Source: Macrostomum hystrix (taxonomy: Eukaryota; Animalia; Platyhelminthes). Taken from it: a stretch of DNA of 64,000 nt. The DNA is taken from the NCBI GenBank assembly GCA_950097015.1, contig CATNEN010000025.1, forward strand, positions 8,184,001-8,248,000, given 5' to 3'. Both the position numbers and the translations under genes were made by a program. This document shows, one piece after another, positions 23,001-32,400 of this stretch. Below the pieces are notes generated by a model. The model was not told the origin of the DNA and ran no database searches. It saw nothing but the letters and a program-made list of their open reading frames with translations. Numbering within the stretch: the stretch's first letter is position 1; each line of letters opens with the position of its first letter.

Positions 23001-26000
23001 GATGGCATTCACTCAAGTTGAACATCAATCCTATGACTGTATGGGCTGGGTGCCTAGATTTCTCTTTTGCATCAAGTGTAACAGATTGTAAGGGACGAGA
23101 GTGCTGGTATTTACACACGCCTGTTTCTAACACTGTTTTGCATCTATTCGTCCTGACACTTGACTTGAGATGAAGGAAATTGCAGCCTCAGAGTAGACAC
23201 TCGTCTTCCACAGCAATTTCCTCGAGTCTTCTCACAACGACTACAAAACAGCGACGAAAAGGCAAACTTTCAGATTCTCGTGCTTTACCATTCTCGTGTT
23301 TTCCGAATTTTTAGATTCTCAAAATTTTCTGAATCTCCGAATTTTCTGATTCTCCGAATTTTCTGATTCTCCGAATTTTCAGATTCTCCGAATTTTCTGA
23401 ATCTCCGAATTTTCTGAATCTCCGAATTTTCTGAATCTCCGAATTTTCTGAATCTCCGAATTTTTAGATTATGCCATTTTTTCTCAGAAATCCCTAGATA
23501 ATAGTCGACAGCATTTAATAGTACAATTGGCATAGATTGTACAGTCAAAAGAACCCAGGGCGACCTGTGCTCCAACCTGGGCTCAAATCACTCCGCGTCA
23601 ATCCACCGACATGGTTATCTCGCAGCATTTCCCAACCCTAACGTTACACGATTTAACATCAGGCCTTTGCATTCAGGTCTCCAAACACGGCATCAAACCC
23701 CCCTATGCCCCCCGCCAGCTTCCTGTGTCTCTACGCACACCCACCCCCTCCTCCACTGCCGAGTCAGTCCGGCCATCCGGATTCAGACCAGAATGTCACT
23801 AAAATTGCCGCCAGACCGCCCTCCCCTACCAATCAGACTTAGGGCAAATAGTTGAATACAGGGAGAGACACGGAAAGCTTTCAGGTGGTTAGGGTTGGAT
23901 TGCTCCCCAGAGATTTCTGGCTCGGCAAAAAAACTTTTGCTGGTTATTGCCTGGAAATTTCAGTTTAATATACGCTTTGTAGCTTATCTAACAGGCTTCT
24001 TACCTTGTCTAAAAGTTTAATAGTCTGTCGAACTGGGTTCTCACATGTTTAACAGGTCCTCACCTGTCTATCCGGTCCTCACCTGTCTAACAGGTCCTCA
24101 CCTGTCTAACCGGTCCTCACCTGTCTAACAGGTCCTCACTTGTCTATCCGGTCCTCACCTGTCTAACAGGTCCTCACCTGTCTAACCGGTCCTCACCTGT
24201 CTAACAGGTCCTCACTTGTCTAACAGGTCCTCACCTGTCTAACCGGTCCTCACCTGTCTAACAGGTCCTCACTTGTCTAACAGGTCCTCACCTGTCTAAC
24301 AGGTCCTCATCTGTCTAACAGGTCCTCACTTGTCTAACAGGTCCTCACCTGTCTAACCGGTCCTCACCTGTCTAACAGGTCCTCACTTGTCTAACAGGTC
24401 CTCATCTGTCTAACCGGTCCTCATCTGTCTAACAGGTCCTCACCTGTCTAACAGGTCCTCACTTGTCTAACCGGTCCTCACCTGTCTAACAGGTCCTCAC
24501 TTGTCTAACAGGTCCTCATCTGTCTAACCGGTCCTCACCTGTCTAACAGGTCCTCACCTGTCTAACAGGTCTTCACCTGTCTAACAGGTCTTCACCTGTC
24601 TAACAGGTCTTCACCTGTCTAACAGATCCTCGACCGTCCTCAACTGTCCTCAAGCTTTCATTTTGTCAAACAGGTTTCTCACCCTGTCTAACAGGGTTCT
24701 CACCTGACTATCAATTTTCTCACCCTGTCTAACAGGTTTCTGGCTTGTCTAACACTTTCTCACCTGTCTAACAGGTTTCTCACCCTGTCTAACAGGTTTC
24801 TCACCTGTCTAACAGGTTTCTCACACTGTCTAACAGGTTTCTCACCTGACTAACAGCTTGTCCCACTCCTGTTCAAGTCTCGCTTGGACCTCACCTGACA
24901 GATAGTGCATGTCGCAGTTGGACATGTTCCATGAAGTGAGCACAAACTGGGGCAGGTGGAAGTCTTTGTTTACTTCGAAAGGTTTAACCTCGCGCCAACG
25001 CAAAATAAGCTCCTGCTTTGTAAATCGATCTGGAAATAGATTTTAGATACAATTTTAAGAAAATATTTGTTAGAGTCGTAAAAAATTACTAATGAACTCA
25101 CAGCTCTCCATGTTGATTTCGCATGTTTGAGTGTCGAGCGGAAATCGATAGAGAGCCATGTGACAGCCGAGCCTCAGACTGATTCTGGAAGTAACGATAC
25201 TAACGAAGTCAAAGCCGCTCTTTTCAGTCAATTTAGCCAAGTTCATATTTCAAATTCAAATTTAATTTAGCCAATGTACCAATCAAAAATTAATTCCTAA
25301 TAGAAAATACTTTACAATTCCAGGGAATTCCCAATTCAAAGGATTTCCCAATTCAAAGGATTTCCCAATTCAAAGGATTTCCAAATTCAAAGGATTTCCC
25401 TATTTAAGGGAATTCCCAATTTAAAGGATTTCCCGATTCAAGGGAGTCCCCAATTCAAAGAATTTCCGATTCAAGGGAATTCCTAATCCAAAGGATTTCC
25501 CGATTCAGGTGGTTTTCCAGATTCAAAGGATTTTCAAATTCGAAGGATTTTCAAATTCAAGAGAATTCTCAATTCAAAGGATTTCCCACTTCAAGAGAAT
25601 TCCCAATTCAAGGGAATTCCCAATTCAAGGGAAACCCCAATTCAAGGGAATTCCCAATTCAAGGGAATTCCCAGTTTAAGGGTTAAATAGTTTGAAGTAA
25701 TCCCCATATTAAAAGATTCCCCAAATTAAAGGATTTTCATTTATTGTTTTCCAAATTAAACGTGACTCTCGCCTTCGGGTATTCTCTAATTAAAAGAAAC
25801 GGGAACCCATGTTTGAAACGAACACCATACGTAATGGAATTCTCCATTTTGGGAAATTCCTTCAAATCGGGAATACCCCATTCACAGGGTTCGAATAAAT
25901 TAGAAGTTCCACAAAGCAATGGACTCCCTTTAACAGTACATTTTACATTTATTATATTTTACTTTACTGTAACAGTAAATTTAAATTTTAATCATGGTAC

Positions 26001-26441
26001 GAGGAACGCTATACGAGCTTTTGTTGATTGCATTGTCAAAAAAATTTGATATTGATGGGTCCAATTAGGAACTATCGTGAAGTAGGCAGTAGCGTGTGTG
26101 GTCTTCATATTGTTAATGAGACATTTCGATTTTCGAGTTATTTCGAGTTCGAAAATTCCCGAATTCTTCAAACCAATGGAAATTCCTGGGCGGGGAATTT
26201 CCCGTTTTAATCAACTCGCAGTGAAAAAGAACTGTGTGCATTACGCGCGCCGCCAGCTGATAGACTACTGACCTACTCGAGTAGTACACGTCTCCGTTGG
26301 GTTTGATCCGCAGCAGCTTGTTGGGTATGGTGATGTCGTGATACTTGGCCTGCTTCTCGTTGACAAAGATGATGTCTGGCAGCCAGATGTCGTCTATGAG
26401 GCGCGGATCTACTGTCAGACCGATAGATTCGTTAACTGCGG

Positions 26442-26475
<34 letters not shown>

Positions 26476-29400
26476 CAGCTCCTGCTGCTGTGCGCTGCAG
26501 CCGCCTCCGCTACCCAACGAGCTGGCGTTGAAAGCTAGTCGACTGTCGTGCCAGGACAAGCGAAGAAAAATCTGAATGCTGTAGTCCTGCGATATATTTA
26601 GAGTGAGTTGATGTATATTGTGTGTGAGTTGATGTATATTGTGTGTGAGTTGATGCATATTGTGTGTGAGTTGATGTATATTGTGTGTGAGTTGATGTAT
26701 ATTATGTGTGAGTTGATGTATATTGTGTGTGAGTTGATGTATATTTAGAGTGAGTTGATGTATATTTAGAGTGAGTTGATGTATATTTAGAGTGAGTTGA
26801 TGTATATTTAGAGTGAGTTGATGTATGTTTAGAGTGAGTTGATCTATATTCAGAGTGAGTTGATGTATGTTTAGAGTGAGTTGATGCATAATCTGTGTGA
26901 GTTGATGTATATTCTGCAGTGTTTTAAAGAGCAAAAACATGTTTTGCTATTTAGTTTTCAAATTAGTTTGCCAAGAGCTTGAAGGCTTGGTGAATATCTC
27001 GTAGTTGGCGATACTATTTTGCGCTGAGTTCAAATTTCTAGGCTTATTTGCTGCTGAATACGATCAGATGCAAAGAAGCGAGTATCTTCATAATGATTTA
27101 ATTGCTGGATTGGTTAATTATTTCAAATAAATTAGCTGCTTATTTGCGGCAGAGGGCCATAAAAAAAATAAATTAACTCCCTGGCTAGAGTTTTAGCTGT
27201 TATCGGACCAAAATTGGAATGTTTTACTGGCCTCCTAAAACAACTATTGGAATTCAGTGTCCCCGTTTAACTTAGTATGATCGTAAAATTTTTTTCATTT
27301 AGCTACAGTTGCTATTCTTTCACCGACTGTCGGATTTCCCGTCTTCCGGTAGGTCTGTCTTGATTATGTGTGCCCTATTTTGTACTTGCGCACAGGAAGC
27401 ACTTCTGTGGAATTAAACACGCATGTTGAGTAAAAAATGTGAGCCCACTTAGACTAGAATGGTTGGTCATTAGTTTGCAATAATTAAATGAATTTTCCAT
27501 CTCTTATATCGTATCCTTCAGCTTCCTGACTGACTGTCCTTAGCATACGCAGGTTAAAATCGTCGGTTCTTTAGGAATATTTAATGCAGTGCTGACGGCA
27601 TACGGTTGGCATATGGCTTGCGGACTCGAGCGATCATGCACTTTCTGAGCACCACTCTACGTATTCCATCGTCCCTGCCAAGGAGAAGTGGATCTATGCA
27701 TGGCTGGGCCAGAGTCGGCCTCAGAATCCACGCCGGAAAAGCATGGCGTCGATCGTTCTATTCTAGCACTATCGGCTCTACACTTCTCTATTGCTCTCAG
27801 ATTCCTACCTCTCAATTTCTCGTTCCGCTCGAGTTAACTAGAAATTATTTTATCCCACGGCGGCTGCCACTTCAATCGGAGGCGGCAACAGTTATCCAAC
27901 GGCTGCCACCATGAAGACTGGCTGGCCGGCTTTTTTACAACTCCGTTTTGGTTTGCGATAATTGTAAATTCATTTACTGACTTGCGAACTGCGCACTGAT
28001 GAAACTCATGATTTTATAAGCACGTCGCTTTTTCCTCTGCTTACTGCAGCAGTTTGCCGTCTTTTTTAGTACATTAAGTGTACTTCTGTTTGCCCTAGTG
28101 CGTAGAATGCATCGCAATTTATCGATTAGGTTTGTCTCCCTTCTTTTGTTCCTATTTTTGTTAATTAAAAAACGTTGTTAAGGTAATATAGCATACTATT
28201 TCGTGTATTATGGTTAGTGTAAAAGCTAAATACAGATGATAACAGTTGTGCATGTGCAACTGTACGAGATATAAGTGTCTCATATCTCCCCCTTATCTCC
28301 CTCGTATTGTGCCTTTTCTACTAACAAGGAATATGGCGTCGGTTTTACTAAATTTTTGCTTCAAATATAAAAAATCTAATATACTAAAATCTAAATTGAT
28401 TTATCGCCGCCAAAAACTATGCTACAACTGTACCTACTCAGCTGGCGGGCCCTCTATGTGGTTGGCGAAGGACAGACAGTCGAGCCCACCGCAGGCGTCA
28501 CCCGTGTCTCATATCTCCCCCTTATCAGCTCTCCCGTGTCTCATATCTCCCCCTTATCAGCTCTCCCGTGTCTCATATCTCCCCCTTATCAGCTCTCCCG
28601 TGTCTCATATCTCCCCCTTATCAGCTCTCCCGTGTCTCATATCTCCCCCTTATCAGCTCTCCCGTGTCTTATATCTCCCCCTTATCAGCTCTCCCGTGTC
28701 TCATATCTCCCCCTTATCAGCTCTCCCCTGTCTCATATCTCCCCCTTATCAGCTCTCCCGTGTCTAATATCTCCCCCTTATTAGCTCTCCCGTGTCTCAT
28801 ATCTCCCCCTTATCAGCTCTCTCGTGTCTCATATCTCCCCCTTATCAGCTCTCCCGTGTCTCATATCTCCCCCTTATCAGCTCTCCCGTGTCTCATATCT
28901 CCCCCCTTATCAGCTCTCCCGTGTCTCATATCTCCCCCCTTATCAGCTCTCCCGTGTCTCATATCTCCCCCCTTATCAGCTCTCCCGTGTCTTATATCTC
29001 CCCCTTCTCAGCTCTCCCGTGTCTCATATCTCCCCCTTATCAGCTCTCTCGTGTCTCATATCTCCCCCTTATCAGCTCTCCCGTGTCTCATATCTCCCCC
29101 TTATTAGCTCTCCCGGTTCTCATATCTCCCCCTTATCAGCTCTCCCGTGTCTCATATCTCCCCCTTATCAGCTCTCCCGTGTCTCATATCTCCCCCTTCT
29201 CAGCTCTCTCGTGTCTCATATCTCCCCCTTATTAGCTCTCCCGGTTCTCATATCTCCCCCTTATCAGCTCTCCCGTGTCTAATATCTCCCCCTTCTCAGC
29301 TCTCCCGTGTCTCATATCTCCCCCTTATTAGCTCTCCCGGTTCTCATATCTCCCCCTTATCAGCTCTCCCGTGTCTCATATCTCCCCCTTATCAGCTCTC

Positions 29401-32400
29401 CCGTGTCTAATATCTCCCCCTTCTCAGCTCTCCCGTGTCTCATATCTCCCCCTTATCAGCTCTCCCGTGTCTCATATCTCCCCCTTATCAGCTCTCTCGT
29501 GTCTTATATCTCCCCCTTATCAGCTCTCCCGTGTCTCATATCTCCCCCTTATTAGCTCTCCCGGTTCTCATATCTCCCCCTTATCAGCTCTCCCGTGTCT
29601 CATATCTCCCCCTTATCAGCTCTCCCGTGTCTCATATCTCCCCCTTCTCAGCTCTCTCGTGTCTCATATCTCCCCCTTATTAGCTCTCCCGGTTCTCATA
29701 TCTCCCCCTTATCAGCTCTCCCGTGTCTAATATCTCCCCCTTCTCAGCTCTCCCGTGTCTCATATCTCCCCCTTATTAGCTCTCCCGGTTCTCATATCTC
29801 CCCCTTATCAGCTCTCCCGTGTCTCATATCTCCCCCTTATCAGCTCTCCCGTGTCTAATATCTCCCCCTTCTCAGCTCTCCCGTGTCTCATATCTCCCCC
29901 TTATCAGCTCTCCCGTGTCTCATTAAGCGTTAAGGTTAAGCGATTTATCGAATAACGACTGGGTAATTACCATAGACTCCACGTTTACAGAATCGAATGT
30001 GTTAACATAGATGCCCACGTCCACCACAGTTGGTCGACCTGCAGAAAGTGATAAGGCGAGAACTTATAAGTAAGAATTTATAATTGGTCTAATTATGCGT
30101 GAGTAGCTGTCCTACGCACTCTTTGTACATTCGCTAATTTTTTGGTTTTATGAGAAAACCGTATGTTAGTCACGTAGTCTTTTTCAACGGTAAGCTAATT
30201 AAGACAGGTCTGCAGGTCTGATACAAGTTATGCTGTTCCGACTAAATATATTTCTCATCGTTAGAGTGTAGTCTGCTCAAAGGATTTCTATATAGCCATG
30301 TGGACTGAAAATTAGATTTATTTTATTTTTGTACAAGGCTATAAACTTAAATAAAAGCAAGTGAACCTGAAACACCTAATCAGTAGCCAGATTATTGATG
30401 AAAATTTAGCGAGTCGAATAGAAAAATATCGATAAAGCCACCTAATAAGGAATGAAATGACGCTCGATAATCCTCTTGTTAAGCTCTACTCAACAGTAAT
30501 CCCATTGCTTGGATCTCTAAATGCTGATTGATATTTGAGCCTCATAATCACAGCGTGTGTGCATGGGAGATAAAAGCAGCCTTTGAAACTGATGGATTAT
30601 ATGTCGAGGTCGAGGTTTAAACTTGCGGTACATCCTGAGCTCGAATCCGCGGCGAAGTCAGCAAAGTCAACAAAGACATTTGACTGTTGTTATTAATACA
30701 CTAATCATTATATCATTTGACTATAGGCTTGTATTTTACCATGTATTCTATATAATGTCATGTAGGTGTTAATTGCTTCCCTGCTCAGAATGAGTCGAAT
30801 GCGCTCATTGGGATGGCGGTTAACGGCAAGCTGGTTTCTGGCTTAGAGATTTTCACGAGAAGAAAATTCTTAAGTGCCGCAGCCCTGCCAAAGTCCGCCA
30901 CCCATTGTCTCATCCGTCTGGTGCCAAGGCCGACCATTTAGTTCAAAACTGGTGTGCTCAAAGTTAATGGGCAGAGTAGGGCAGAGTTGGAGCAGTATAG
31001 ACTCTCACTCAACTTTAAATTGTTACTTGCGGGAAAGTTGAATATGGGATTGAAATTTTTAATGGCCTTAAACTTTGCACTTTACCTAGCAAGTTAGCTA
31101 CTTCATTAGTGAACTGTTTAATAGAGGCTCATTACTTCTCAGAGACACCATCGATGATTAGTATGATGGAAACATTTCTTGCTTTTCAGAGAGATATCAG
31201 AGAGAAGCTTGCTGATGATTCAGTAAACACCTGAAACTACCAACTTGATGATTCAGTAAACACCTGAAACTACCAACTTGATGATTCAGTAAACACCTGA
31301 AACTACCAACTTGATGATTCAGTAAACACCTGAAACTACCAACTTGATGATTCAGTAAACACCTGAAACTACCAACTTGATGATTCAGTAAACACCTGAA
31401 ACTACCAACTTGATGATTCAGTAAACACCTGAAACTACCAACTTGATGATTCAGTAAACACCCGAAACTACCAACTTGATGATTCAGTAAACACCTGAAA
31501 CTACCAACTTGATGCTTCAGTAAACACCTGAAACTACCAACTTGATGATTCAGTAAACACCTGAAACTACCAACTTGATGATTCAGTAAACACCTGAAAC
31601 TACCAACTTGATGATTCAGTAAACACCTGAAACTACCAACTTGATGATTCAGTAAACACCTGAAACTACCAACTTGATGATTCAGTAAACACCTGAAACT
31701 ACCAACTTGATGATTCAGTAAACACCTGAAACTACCAACTTGATGCTTCAGTAAACACCTGAAACTACCAACTTGATGCTTCAGTAAACACCTGAAACTA
31801 CCAACTTGATGATTCAGTAAACATCTGAAACTACCAACTTGATGCTTCAGTAAACACCTGAAACTACCAACTTGATGATTCAGTAAACACCTGAAACTAC
31901 CAACTTGATGATTCAGTAAACACCTGAAACTACCAACTTGATGATTCAGTAAACATCTGAAACTACCAACTTGATGCTTCAGTAAACACCTGAAACTACC
32001 AACTTGATGATTCAGTAAACACCTGAAACTACCAACTTGATGATTCAGTAAACATCTGAAACTACCAACTTGATGCTTCAGTAAACACCTGAAACTACCA
32101 ACTTGATGATTCAGTAAACACCTGAAACTACCAACTTGATGATTCAGTAAACACCTGAAACTACCAACTTGATGCTTCAGTAAACACCTGAAACTACCAA
32201 CTTGATGATTCAGTAAACATCTGAAACTACCAACTTGATGCTTCAGTAAACACCTGAAACTACCAACTTGATGCTTCAGTAAACACCTGAAACTACCAAC
32301 TTGATGATTCAGTAAACATCTGAAACTACCAACTTGATGCTTCAGTAAACACATGAAACTACCAACTTGATGATTCAGTAAACACCTGAAACTACCAACT

